A stretch of DNA of 64,000 nt from an uncultured Alphaproteobacteria bacterium (GTDB lineage: Bacteria; Pseudomonadota; Alphaproteobacteria; Rhodobacterales; Rhodobacteraceae). The first letter of the stretch is position 1; every line of letters begins with the position of its first letter. The stretch is taken from assembly GCA_902537235.1 (NCBI GenBank), contig CACBAO010000005.1:19951-83950 (forward strand), given 5' to 3'. The position numbers and the translations under genes were made by a program. Shown here one piece after another: positions 17,575 to 26,973 of this stretch. The notes below the pieces were generated by a model. It was not told the origin of the DNA. It saw only the letters and a list, made by a program, of their open reading frames with translations, and did not search any database.

Positions 17575-19275
17575 TTAGGTTGGTAAAGCTCTTTTTATAA
17601 TTTCGTCAAAATTTGTATTTGAATTTAGAGTTCCAAAAGCTCCAGTCCAGTTGCCTCCAAGGCGACTACTACAAAAAGCTGAGGCTATTTCTTCATTACA
17701 ATTTTTCAAGAAAATAGAAGCCTGCATCAGTGTTGCTAATCGTTCTGTTATAGATCTTGATTTTATTTCTAAATCCTCTGGGTTCTTTAACTCGAGAAAT
17801 AAATTATCAACATTCAAATCATAGTAAGCATTTAATCCTCTCGCTTTCTCTAACTCGTTGAAAACTGAAGAAATAGCGTTTTTATCCTTTTGCATGGCCC
17901 TCAAAACATCGACACACATAACGTTACCACTTCCTTCCCAAATACTATTTAGAGGAGCTTCCCGATATAATCTAGGCATAATTGACTCTTCTATGTATCC
18001 TGGTCCACCATGACATTCCAAGGCCTCAAAAATCAGATACGGTGCTCTTTTAGTTATCCAATACTTACTCACAGTCGTGAATATTCGCGATATTGATTTT
18101 TCGTTTTCATCCTCTTCCTGACAATCAACTGACCTAGCTACCCTCATAGCGAGATTAGCTGCCGCGTCGCTTTCTAAAATCATATCTGCAATGACATTCT
18201 TCATAAGAGGTTGATCAATCAATTTTTTCTGGAAAGCCGTTCTATGGGTCGTATGGTGTAGGACCTGAACAACCGCTTGACGCATTAAAGACGCTGAGCT
18301 GACAGCACAGTAAATTCTGTTTCCTATAACCATATCGAGTATAGTCTTAATTCCCTTACCTTCTTCTCCAATCATTGTGCCAAACGTATCATCAAGCTCA
18401 ATTTCAGAGGATGCATTCGACCTATTTCCAAGCTTGTCTTTTAGTCTTTGGATGAAAAAATTATTTCGTTCCCCATCTGGTTTCCATCTTGGAACAAGAA
18501 AGCATGACAACCCCACATCAGTGTTAGCTAGCACAAGAAAGGCATCGCACATTGGGGCTGAACAAAAATACTTATGCCCTGTAAGAAGATATTCCGATCC
18601 ATTGCCAACACTTGAGGACACCGGTTTTGCTCGTGTAGAGTTGGCTCTAACATCTGATCCACCTTGTTTCTCAGTCATAAACATGCCTATTGTTCCACCC
18701 AATTTCTGATCAATGGGGATATCTCTATCGTCATACTCATTAGATAGTACTTTTGGTAGCCATTGAGCTTCTAAGTCTGGATTATGCTTCAGTGCTGGAA
18801 TAACAGAATACGTCATTGCCATTGGGCACATAACGCCTCCCTCAATCTGGCTAAACATATAAGTTAGTGCCATATGTGCGACCTGTGACCCTTCTTTTTT
18901 ATGGTTCCACGCAAAACTTGGGATTTCATTCTTTATAGCTACTCCCAAGAGGTGATGGTAAGAAGGATGATAATCAACGTAGTTAATCCTATTGCCATAT
19001 TGATCGAATGCCTTTAGTTCTGGCGGATTTTTATTTGCCTTCTCAGCATGATCAAACATTTCAGTGCAGCCCATCAAATGTCCAAACGCACTTAAATTTT
19101 TCTCCGCCCAACCAGCGCCTTCTCTATTAACAGCTTCTCTAAGATTTTTATCATTTTTCCATAAATCTTGATTGCCCATATATGGCGGCATGTTTTCAAC
19201 TTCATGGGTAGGTAATTGTTTAATTGGTCTAAGATGGTTCATATTATCATTCCATTTTATTAAGTGAAAGCACAC
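17575..19275 (-). CDS. AidB-like acyl-CoA dehydrogenase family flavoprotein
   Basis: 566 aa with an extended N-terminus (DLWKNDKNLREAV...PELKAFDQYGNRINYVDYHPSYHHL) as in AidB. The ACAD core shows MTEKQGGSD and IWEGSGNVMCVDVLR. Confidence 0.8.
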   Translation of the reverse strand: MCFHLIKWNDNMNHLRPIKQLPTHEVENMPPYMGNQDLWKNDKNLREAVNREGAGWAEKNLSAFGHLMGCTEMFDHAEKANKNPPELKAFDQYGNRINYVDYHPSYHHLLGVAIKNEIPSFAWNHKKEGSQVAHMALTYMFSQIEGGVMCPMAMTYSVIPALKHNPDLEAQWLPKVLSNEYDDRDIPIDQKLGGTIGMFMTEKQGGSDVRANSTRAKPVSSSVGNGSEYLLTGHKYFCSAPMCDAFLVLANTDVGLSCFLVPRWKPDGERNNFFIQRLKDKLGNRSNASSEIELDDTFGTMIGEEGKGIKTILDMVIGNRIYCAVSSASLMRQAVVQVLHHTTHRTAFQKKLIDQPLMKNVIADMILESDAAANLAMRVARSVDCQEEDENEKSISRIFTTVSKYWITKRAPYLIFEALECHGGPGYIEESIMPRLYREAPLNSIWEGSGNVMCVDVLRAMQKDKNAISSVFNELEKARGLNAYYDLNVDNLFLELKNPEDLEIKSRSITERLATLMQASIFLKNCNEEIASAFCSSRLGGNWTGAFGTLNSNTNFDEIIKRALPT

Positions 19276-20029
19276 TATTTATTCTTATGGTCCCGGGTGT
19301 TCTCACACTACAGTAAACGCCAAAATCCTGGTGGCCAAAACGTTCATTAAGTATACCTATGGTATCACAATTATGTTGGCCTGTCTTAGTATTAGTTTTT
19401 GTAGCGTTACATCGCTCAATTCTATCAACGACCTTTAACTCTACTTTATCAATTTTAATTAATTCACCAACCCAATCAAATTCAGTCCATGGCTTCCCGG
19501 TTCGTATCCATATATTTCCTCTAAACCTTTCAGGTTCCAAGCTAATCCCTGCTTTTTTAGAGAGGTCTTCTAGAGAGTCCAACGAATTGATAGAAATTGA
19601 CTGGAAAGGAGTGTCTGTGAGAGCTGTATCGGCTACGCAAACTAATTTTGTAGGTTTCGGAAATTTATCAGAACAAATAGGGAGCAACCAGTTCACGAAA
19701 GATCCTCTGTCAGTATGATCACTAAGGTCTAATGATATAGGTTTTAGCTCAGGATGTTTAAAAGTATATTTTTGATCATCAGTCCTTATTGACTCGACGG
19801 CTGATAGCGTAGGCATAATTGAGCCTCTGAGAAACTTAGTACACGGTTGCCACTCATTTGATAATTCGTCAAAAGAACTTTTTTCATGCACCAATGCCCA
19901 CATTCTGTCTAACGGAAGAGCTTTTCTTCTTTCTAACTTAATCTGTGTAATTTCTTCGCGACTTATCGATTTTATTGGATGCCGAAAAATCTTTTCGACT
20001 CTAAAAGGCAGGGTGCTTCGTAAATTCAT
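19247..20029 (-). CDS. MOSC domain protein (with MOSC N-terminal beta-barrel)
   Basis: RFRGNIWI, DRIERCNATKTN and a YcbX-like layout are present. The start shares TAATG with the upstream stop. Confidence 0.75.
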   Translation of the reverse strand: MNLRSTLPFRVEKIFRHPIKSISREEITQIKLERRKALPLDRMWALVHEKSSFDELSNEWQPCTKFLRGSIMPTLSAVESIRTDDQKYTFKHPELKPISLDLSDHTDRGSFVNWLLPICSDKFPKPTKLVCVADTALTDTPFQSISINSLDSLEDLSKKAGISLEPERFRGNIWIRTGKPWTEFDWVGELIKIDKVELKVVDRIERCNATKTNTKTGQHNCDTIGILNERFGHQDFGVYCSVRTPGTIRINSVLSLNKME

Positions 20030-21600
20030 TATGGCCTCATTGTTACAAGGTAAGGTTTTGGGCTTTTCAATCGGTAAGCTTTAAGCGCGAGTTCTAACCA
20101 AGATATTAGTCGTGGACGCGTTTCCCTAGGATCTATCAAATCATGGGCAGAAAAACCTTCTGCTCTTGGAATTGGTGATTGTCTTTGAGCTAATTGATCC
20201 TCAAGCTCCTTCTGTTTTTTTTCAGGATTTTTTGCCCTAGCAATTTCCTTTGAAAATGCAACGGCAACGCCACCTTCTACAGGTAAAGCACCACTTAAGG
20301 CACTGGGCCAAAGTAATGTGAAGCTATCAGGCCCATAGTGTGCAGTAGCGGCTACTCCAAAAGATTTATGCATATGCACAGACGCCCATGGCACTCTTGA
20401 TTGCATTATCGCGGATATTGCAGCAGTGCCAAATCTAATTGTACCACTTTTTTCTGACTCTGGACCAATCATGAATCCTGGTTCATCTACCAAACTGATA
20501 ATCGGAATATGGAAACTGTTACAAAAATCAGAAAATCTTTCTAATTTCTTTGAGGCACTGGTTGTCATCGCTCCTGCATAGAACATGCAGTCATTAGCGA
20601 TAACGCCAACTGATTGACCATTAAGTCTACCTAAGCCTGTTACGAGGCTTGGTCCATATTTTTTACCGATCTCGAAAAAGGTGCTTTGATCATCATTTAT
20701 ATCTAGTAGGGATGTGATGATCTTTCTTACGCTATATGGTCTACGTCTATCTTTTGGTATTATATCGATTAATAAATCATCACAACGATCCTCCTTGTCG
20801 TTAGTAGAAATAGAGTCTGGGAACGTCCAAGCATTATCTGGCACGAAGGAAAGGAATGTTTTTATTTGTTCAAAAGCGTCATCTTCTGTTTTTGCAAAGT
20901 TGTTTATTACTCCGCTTTTTAAGTGTACCTCAGGTCCACCGAGAGCTTCTTTCGTAACATCTATATTTAACGCTCTTTTTACGACTTTTGGCCCTGCTAT
21001 AAGCACTAACGAGCTCTCTGTCATTACTGAAAAGTGTGAAGCAACGAGACGAGATGCGGGCAGCCCGGCGACTGGTCCCAACGCAGCCGTTGCCACGGGG
21101 ACTTCTCCCAAAGTGTTAGCGAGCGAAATAAATCGTGAAGGCGTATATACGGCATCACTTGTAGGTCGATTACTTTTTTCTTGATTGGTGCCACCAACGG
21201 ATCCCCCAGCCCCTTCATGTAGTCGAATTAAAGGAACCTTGTATTTAAGTGCTAGCTCTTCTGTGTATATACTTTTCCTTAAACCGGCAGCATTTGGTGA
21301 TCCACCTTTTAAAGAAAAATCTTCTCCTCCTATGATCACTGGTCTTTTATTGATTTTCCCAAATCCTAGAATAAAGTTTCCGGGAGTAAATTTCTTGAGT
21401 GATCCATTATCATTATACTCCGAGTAACCAGCACTTTTACCAATTTCATTGAAAGATTTATTATCTAGTATCCTGTTGATCCTTTCTCTTATAGGTAGTC
21501 TGCCTTTTTTATACTGTAATTCTACAGCCTCTTTGCCACCCATTTGATCAGCAAAATTTCTCTTCTCATTAATTTCTTTTGCTTCTTTTTCCCAAGTCAA
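20029..21600 (-). CDS. acyl-CoA carboxylase carboxyltransferase (beta) subunit / acyl-CoA decarboxylase-like protein
   Basis: 523 aa two-lobed carboxyltransferase (IGGEDFSLKGGS, LHEGAGGS, ANDCMFYAGAM, PIISLVDEPGF). No biotin carboxylase or BCCP gene lies in the window. Confidence 0.85.
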   Translation of the reverse strand: MTWEKEAKEINEKRNFADQMGGKEAVELQYKKGRLPIRERINRILDNKSFNEIGKSAGYSEYNDNGSLKKFTPGNFILGFGKINKRPVIIGGEDFSLKGGSPNAAGLRKSIYTEELALKYKVPLIRLHEGAGGSVGGTNQEKSNRPTSDAVYTPSRFISLANTLGEVPVATAALGPVAGLPASRLVASHFSVMTESSLVLIAGPKVVKRALNIDVTKEALGGPEVHLKSGVINNFAKTEDDAFEQIKTFLSFVPDNAWTFPDSISTNDKEDRCDDLLIDIIPKDRRRPYSVRKIITSLLDINDDQSTFFEIGKKYGPSLVTGLGRLNGQSVGVIANDCMFYAGAMTTSASKKLERFSDFCNSFHIPIISLVDEPGFMIGPESEKSGTIRFGTAAISAIMQSRVPWASVHMHKSFGVAATAHYGPDSFTLLWPSALSGALPVEGGVAVAFSKEIARAKNPEKKQKELEDQLAQRQSPIPRAEGFSAHDLIDPRETRPRLISWLELALKAYRLKSPKPYLVTMRP

Positions 21601-21614
21601 TGTCTATCTCCAAT

Positions 21615-22514
21615 TTATTGTGTCTGGATTCCGTTAAGTTTCTCAACAAACTCTTTTTCGTTATAAAAATTCTTTTTACCGATCACAACAAATACAGACT
21701 CCTTTTCATTTTTTTCTGTTTTTTCGATTTTTAAAGTTAATCCATCATATTGGATTGTACATACTTCACCCTTTTTATTTTTAAAAAATCCTTTAGCTCT
21801 TTCGATATTATAAACTGGATCCCGCAAAAGTGTGCTTAGCGCCTCAGCATTCATTGTTCCAGTCGGTTTAATTGTTGAGGAAATAAATCCATGCTCCTGT
21901 TTTTTCTCTAAGTTTATTTTGTGACTAGGGCCAAAGTCTAGAAGCATATCTTCTTCTTCAATATATGCGTTTACCGTTTTAAGAAACTTTCGTATTTCAA
22001 AACGTTTTGATAGAGTGTCGATACAATTTAATAGCTCATCTTCTTTAAGCAAATCAGTTTTATTCAATACCAAGAGATCATGTTGCTCGATTTGTAAACT
22101 AATTGTATCACTGATATACAAGTCATTTAATTGTGACCTAAGTCGGGATGCGTCTGTTAACAACACCGTTCCATGAAATGACAGGAAGTCCATAAGCGAT
22201 ATTGTTTGTATAATTTTAGAAGGTAAAGCAATCCCGCTTGCCTCAAGCACAATATGATCTGGTAAAATCTCATTTGAATTCATACTCTCCAAAGTTTCTA
22301 TCAACTCATTTCCATAGCTACAACACACACATCCACCCGCGATGCTCAGAACGGAGTCAGTTCTAGCTTCAATTAAGGACTCATCAATGTTAACGTCACC
22401 AAAGTCATTTACCAGTAGAGCTATTTTTTTCTTAGTTGTCCTAAGTAAATTATTTATTAATGTCGTTTTACCTGTTCCAAGGTAACCGGAGATCAATGTC
22501 AGAGGAATACCCAC
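21615..22514 (-). CDS. COG0523 (CobW/YjiA/Nha3-type) G3E metallochaperone GTPase
   Basis: Walker A GYLGTGKTTLINNLL, metal motif GCVCCS, LNKTDL and a CobW_C-like C-terminal domain are present. Confidence 0.85.
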   Translation of the reverse strand: MGIPLTLISGYLGTGKTTLINNLLRTTKKKIALLVNDFGDVNIDESLIEARTDSVLSIAGGCVCCSYGNELIETLESMNSNEILPDHIVLEASGIALPSKIIQTISLMDFLSFHGTVLLTDASRLRSQLNDLYISDTISLQIEQHDLLVLNKTDLLKEDELLNCIDTLSKRFEIRKFLKTVNAYIEEEDMLLDFGPSHKINLEKKQEHGFISSTIKPTGTMNAEALSTLLRDPVYNIERAKGFFKNKKGEVCTIQYDGLTLKIEKTEKNEKESVFVVIGKKNFYNEKEFVEKLNGIQTQ

Positions 22515-22516
22515 AA

Positions 22517-24244
22517 TTACGAACTATTTTCGATAATATGCGGCTTGCCACCTTTAATCGTCCCTAAGATTTTTTGATCTTTAAATTTTATTTCATCAAT
22601 ATCAAAGGGGTCCTCTTCTAGGACGCAACAATCCGCTTTTTTACCCGTTTCTAGTGATCCTACTTCATGATCTATCTTAAGAGTAAACGCAGCTCCTAAA
22701 GTGATCGCATATAACGCTTCCATTTTATTAATTTTTTCATAATCCCCCAGAGTTCTTCCTGAAAATGTTAATCTATTCATAGCACACCAAGCTGTAAATA
22801 GTGGGCCAAGGGGAGTTACTGGGGCATCGGAGTGTATTGCCAAAGGGACTTTTTCTTGTAGTGCTGTTTTACAGGCATTCATTCGATGAGCTCTTTCTGG
22901 ACCAACCGTTAGGGAGTAATGTTCATCTCCCCAATAAAAATGGTGGTTAGAAAATAAGTTTGCACACATACCAAGCTTATGCATCCTTTTAAATTGAGCA
23001 GTTGATGCAAGCTGACAATGTTGCAAAGTAAATCTATGATCATTTTTAGGAAATTTAGCCAGAGCACCTTCCAGACAATCGAGAGCTAATTCTGTAGCCT
23101 CGTCCCCATTAGTGTGCGTATGTACTAATATATTATTTTCTAATGCAAGCTCATAGGCTTCTTGTATATGTTCAGGTGCTGTATACCACATGCCATTGGG
23201 AGCTCCATTATAATATCCAGGCCATTTAAGTCTAGCCGTGAAGCCTTGAATTGAGCCATCTGCAACAATTTTTATTGCACCTAGTCTTAAATTTTCCGTT
23301 GATTTTTGTTTGAGTTCTAAGACTTTGGGAATTAATTCTTTTGGGCTTATCCCCTGCATATATCGTAAAGAAACAATTCGAGCTGGAAAATCTGTTTCCG
23401 ATGTAACCTTTAGCATCATTTCAACAGCCTCATCTGTTTGAAGGTTCGCAAGGTCAGCAGCAGTAGTGACCCCAGCTCTGGCACAGATTTTTCCAAAGTT
23501 TCTTAGACCTTCTGAATCTCCTGAGAGCCAATCCTTGCCTAAGCCTACATGCCTAGTTACTAAAGCAATGGTTTCAGCCCCTCTTATCTCCCCAGATGGA
23601 AGACCATCTTCACCGAGAGGAAGGCCCTCATGATTTATGCCTGTTCTCAAAAATCCTGCCAGCTTTAAGCCTACTGAGTTTATATTGAGTTTATGTCCAG
23701 ATGCATGTAGTATTCCTATCGGTCTTTGGTCTGAAACCACATCTAGTATTTTTCTGTCTAACGCTTTGTCGTCAAAATAAATTGGGTCTAATCCCCATCC
23801 TGCTAATGGTGCGTTCGGGTCCAATAAGGTTTCATTCTCGTGTTTAAGTGTCTGAACAAGCTCTTTTACATTTTTAATGCCAAGGCTCATTGTTCCATCC
23901 GGCTTTTGCCTATCAAAATACCCACAATATAATTTACTCCACAATGCACCTTCAAACAAATGACTATGTCCTTCAACAAGACCCGGCATTAAAACATAAT
24001 TCTCAAAACTTTTATCCAGTTCGTACTTGCCCTCAGGTTTAATTGTATTGAGGTCTCCCACTTGAACAATTTTACCATCCAGAACACTCATGTATTGTGC
24101 TTCTGGATTTCTAGGGTTCATTGTAATTATTTTTTTTGCCTTAAAAATTTTTAACAAGAATAAACCTTTCAAAAAAAACTTCTGTTTATACGAAAGCTTG
24201 ATATCATTAATATTAAATGTGACTTTTGAATGATAATCAATCAA
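22517..24244 (-). CDS. amidohydrolase_3 (YtcJ-like) metal-dependent hydrolase
   Basis: PGLVEGHSHL, HTHTNGDEA, IHSDAPV and ADCCVLEEDP are present. The longest ORF starts at 24244, but an internal TTG near 24157 (MLKIFKAKKIITMN...) gives a more typical N-terminus. Confidence 0.85.
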   Translation of the reverse strand: MIDYHSKVTFNINDIKLSYKQKFFLKGLFLLKIFKAKKIITMNPRNPEAQYMSVLDGKIVQVGDLNTIKPEGKYELDKSFENYVLMPGLVEGHSHLFEGALWSKLYCGYFDRQKPDGTMSLGIKNVKELVQTLKHENETLLDPNAPLAGWGLDPIYFDDKALDRKILDVVSDQRPIGILHASGHKLNINSVGLKLAGFLRTGINHEGLPLGEDGLPSGEIRGAETIALVTRHVGLGKDWLSGDSEGLRNFGKICARAGVTTAADLANLQTDEAVEMMLKVTSETDFPARIVSLRYMQGISPKELIPKVLELKQKSTENLRLGAIKIVADGSIQGFTARLKWPGYYNGAPNGMWYTAPEHIQEAYELALENNILVHTHTNGDEATELALDCLEGALAKFPKNDHRFTLQHCQLASTAQFKRMHKLGMCANLFSNHHFYWGDEHYSLTVGPERAHRMNACKTALQEKVPLAIHSDAPVTPLGPLFTAWCAMNRLTFSGRTLGDYEKINKMEALYAITLGAAFTLKIDHEVGSLETGKKADCCVLEEDPFDIDEIKFKDQKILGTIKGGKPHIIENSS

Positions 24245-24344
24245 ATGTTTCTATTGCAAATTAGTTTACCTTAAGTCAATCTAATCATAGGGGGCGTTTA
24301 GTGAAAATCGGGCAAAAATTTCAATTAACTAGAAAGGTCGAGAA

Positions 24345-25919
24345 ATGAATAAACATTTTTTAAAAACGTTACTTCTCACTGCTACTCTAATTTTTACGTC
24401 ATTAGGCGTATGTTTTGCAGAGCCGAAAAAGGGTGGTACTCTGATAGCTGCTGTTGGGAATAGCCCACGACATTTAAATCCAGCTGTTCAATCAGGAATT
24501 GTGACTGGGTTTCCGGGCGCACAACTCTTTGCAACACCAATTCGATATGACAATAATTGGGAACCACAGCCTTATCTTGCTGAGTCATGGGAAATAAGCG
24601 ATGGTGGAAAAACAGTTAGACTTAATCTTGTAAAAGATGCTGTGTTTCACGATGGAGTTCCTATTAAATCTAGTGACGTAAAGTTCTCCTTGGAAACAAT
24701 TAAAAAGAACCATCCCTTTAAAACCATGTTTGCTCCTGTTGTATCGGTCGAAACACCTGACGAGCATACAGCCATTTTAAAATTATCATCTCCACACCCC
24801 GCTTTAATGTTAGCCATGTCATCACAATTGATGGCTATAATACCTGAGCATGTTTATGGAGATGGTCAAGATCCAAAAACACATCCACAAAACTCTGAAA
24901 ATGTTGTTGGATCAGGTCCCTTTAAGCTCGTTGAATTTAAATCAGGTGAGCATATCATCTTGGAAAGATTTGATGACTTTTTTATAGATGGGAGACCATA
25001 CCTAGATAAGATGGTTCTTAAAATTATAAAAGATCCAGCAACCAGAACTATAGGGCTTGAAAATGGCGAAATTGATTTTTATGCCTTCGAAAATGTGGCT
25101 AGAAACATTGTTCGATTGAAAAAGAACGATAACCTGACAGTAACGCCTGATGGATATGCGGCCATTGGACCGATCGACTGGTTAGCTTTCAATACAAAAA
25201 CTGGAAAAACGGCTGACGTGAATGTTAGACGCGCTATCGCTTATGCAATAGACAGAAACTTCATTCTGAAAGCTATTATGCTTGGTGTTGCCGATGAGGC
25301 TCGAACTGGTATTCATCCTGGAAGTCCTTTTTATGAGCCGAATGTGGAGCCATATAATCTAGATATTGATAAGGCAAACAAAATACTTGATGATGCCGGT
25401 TATAAAAAGGGTAGTGATGGTATGCGGTTTGGATTGACAGTCGACTTTGGTTGGCCAGGGCTAAAACCAAACGCCGAATATACAAAGGCGGCACTCAAGA
25501 AAATAGGTATAGACGTAACCGTAAGAGCATCTGCCGACTTTCCAACATGGGCAAAGACTGTTAGCAACCATAATTTTGATCTAACCTGGGATACCGTTTT
25601 TAATTGGGGAGATCCTGTTATAGGTGTTCACAGAACCTATCAGACCTCTAATATAAAAAAGGGAGTTATCTGGTCTAACACTCAACAATATAGTAATCCA
25701 AAAGTGGATGCTATAATGGAGAAGGCTGGAGTAGAAAACGATATGGATAAGCGAAAAGCTCTATATTCAGAGTTACAAAAAATGCTGGCAAACGACTTGC
25801 CTGTATATTGGACAAATACTCTCCCTTATCATACCATTTACAGCAAGAAGGTTGGCAATCCTCCTATGGGAATTTGGGCAACCAGCTCTCCAATGGATAT
25901 GACATATATCAAAGATTAA
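24345..25919 (+). CDS. ABC transporter substrate-binding protein, family 5 (peptide/nickel/opine type)
   Basis: It has a signal peptide and is 524 aa. PKKGGTLIAAVGNSPRHLNP and RRAIAYAIDR are present. Confidence 0.85.
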   Translation: MNKHFLKTLLLTATLIFTSLGVCFAEPKKGGTLIAAVGNSPRHLNPAVQSGIVTGFPGAQLFATPIRYDNNWEPQPYLAESWEISDGGKTVRLNLVKDAVFHDGVPIKSSDVKFSLETIKKNHPFKTMFAPVVSVETPDEHTAILKLSSPHPALMLAMSSQLMAIIPEHVYGDGQDPKTHPQNSENVVGSGPFKLVEFKSGEHIILERFDDFFIDGRPYLDKMVLKIIKDPATRTIGLENGEIDFYAFENVARNIVRLKKNDNLTVTPDGYAAIGPIDWLAFNTKTGKTADVNVRRAIAYAIDRNFILKAIMLGVADEARTGIHPGSPFYEPNVEPYNLDIDKANKILDDAGYKKGSDGMRFGLTVDFGWPGLKPNAEYTKAALKKIGIDVTVRASADFPTWAKTVSNHNFDLTWDTVFNWGDPVIGVHRTYQTSNIKKGVIWSNTQQYSNPKVDAIMEKAGVENDMDKRKALYSELQKMLANDLPVYWTNTLPYHTIYSKKVGNPPMGIWATSSPMDMTYIKD

Positions 25920-25928
25920 ACTATAATG

Positions 25929-25959
25929 ATGAGAAGGGGCATAAGTTGCCCCTTCTCAT
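25929..25959 (+). terminator. perfect 12-bp hairpin after the binding-protein gene (partial terminator or mRNA-stabilising element)
   Basis: ATGAGAAGGGGC (25929-25940) pairs with GCCCCTTCTCAT (25948-25959), with loop ATAAGTT. Only TTT follows, so it is not a classic strong terminator. Confidence 0.45.
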
Positions 25960-25989
25960 TTTCCAATAAACTATTTCAGTCATTTATAA

Positions 25990-26964
25990 ATGCCATTTTT
26001 TGTTTCACTGATTAGGCGCCTCGTTTCCATGCTCTTGGTTTTGCTTGTTGTAGTCGTCTTAAACTTTCTCATGCTGCATTTAGCTCCCGGTGATATTGCA
26101 GACACAATCGCTCAAACAATGGGGGGTGCTGACGAGCAAGATATGGCTGAATTGAGGAAGCAGTATGGGCTTGACCAACCATTTTTTATTCAGTTGTTTA
26201 ACTATGTTGTTAGGGTTGCTTTATTGGATTTTGGACATTCTCACTTTTACAATTTACCAGTATTTGACTTGATAATGGAGAGATTTCCTGCCACTTTATT
26301 ATTAGTTTTTTCAGCACAGATATTGTCTTTATTTGTAGGCATACTTTTAGGGGTATACGCTGCTCAAAACCCTAATGGACTATCAAGTCTTTTTGTAAAT
26401 ATGTTTTCTCTATTTGGTTACGCAGCTCCTGTATTTTGGACTGGAATTCTTTTATTGATTGCGTTCTCACTCCACATTCCTATTTTTCCAGTCTCAGGAA
26501 TGAGGGATATAACAATTGAAAGCGGTAATTTCTTTGTTCATTTCTTTGATGTACTTAGACACCTATTTTTACCTATGATAACACTGGCCTCTATATTTTT
26601 CGCCTATTATTCGCGTCTTTGTAGAGCGAGTATGTTAGAAGTACTGGGCGCGGACTTTGTTCGAACTGCTAAAGCGAAAGGACTATCCAAAAAGGACGTA
26701 TTACTGAAGCATGCACTAAAGAATTCTTTATCCCCAGTTATAACTTTTGCTGGACTGAGCTTTTCTGCCGTTGTCTCAGGGGCCATTCTCGTAGAAACGG
26801 TTTACAGTTGGCCAGGTTTAGGGACATTAGCATTTAATTCAATTATATCTAGGGATACGCCGGTTTTACTAGGCATCCTGATTTTCTCAACGCTAATGGT
26901 AACTGTAGGAAATCTTTTAACAGATTTAACGTTAAAAGCTTTAGACCCAAGAATAAAAATTTAA
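25990..26964 (+). CDS. ABC transporter permease (DppB/OppB type)
   Basis: The C-terminus is LTDLTLKALDPRIK, and there is an EAA-like loop FVRTAKAKGLSKKDVLLKHALKNSL. Confidence 0.9.
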   Translation: MPFFVSLIRRLVSMLLVLLVVVVLNFLMLHLAPGDIADTIAQTMGGADEQDMAELRKQYGLDQPFFIQLFNYVVRVALLDFGHSHFYNLPVFDLIMERFPATLLLVFSAQILSLFVGILLGVYAAQNPNGLSSLFVNMFSLFGYAAPVFWTGILLLIAFSLHIPIFPVSGMRDITIESGNFFVHFFDVLRHLFLPMITLASIFFAYYSRLCRASMLEVLGADFVRTAKAKGLSKKDVLLKHALKNSLSPVITFAGLSFSAVVSGAILVETVYSWPGLGTLAFNSIISRDTPVLLGILIFSTLMVTVGNLLTDLTLKALDPRIKI

Positions 26965-26973
26965 GGTTTCAGA

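Noticed and set aside
20714-21184. 156-aa antisense ORF inside the carboxyltransferase gene. Similar shadow ORFs include 40347-40739, 44057-44413, 50963-51316, 18377-18709 and 19359-19718.
   Set aside because: Each lies entirely within a longer ORF on the opposite strand that has clear family motifs. Their translations are low-complexity with no recognisable motifs. They are typical shadow ORFs.
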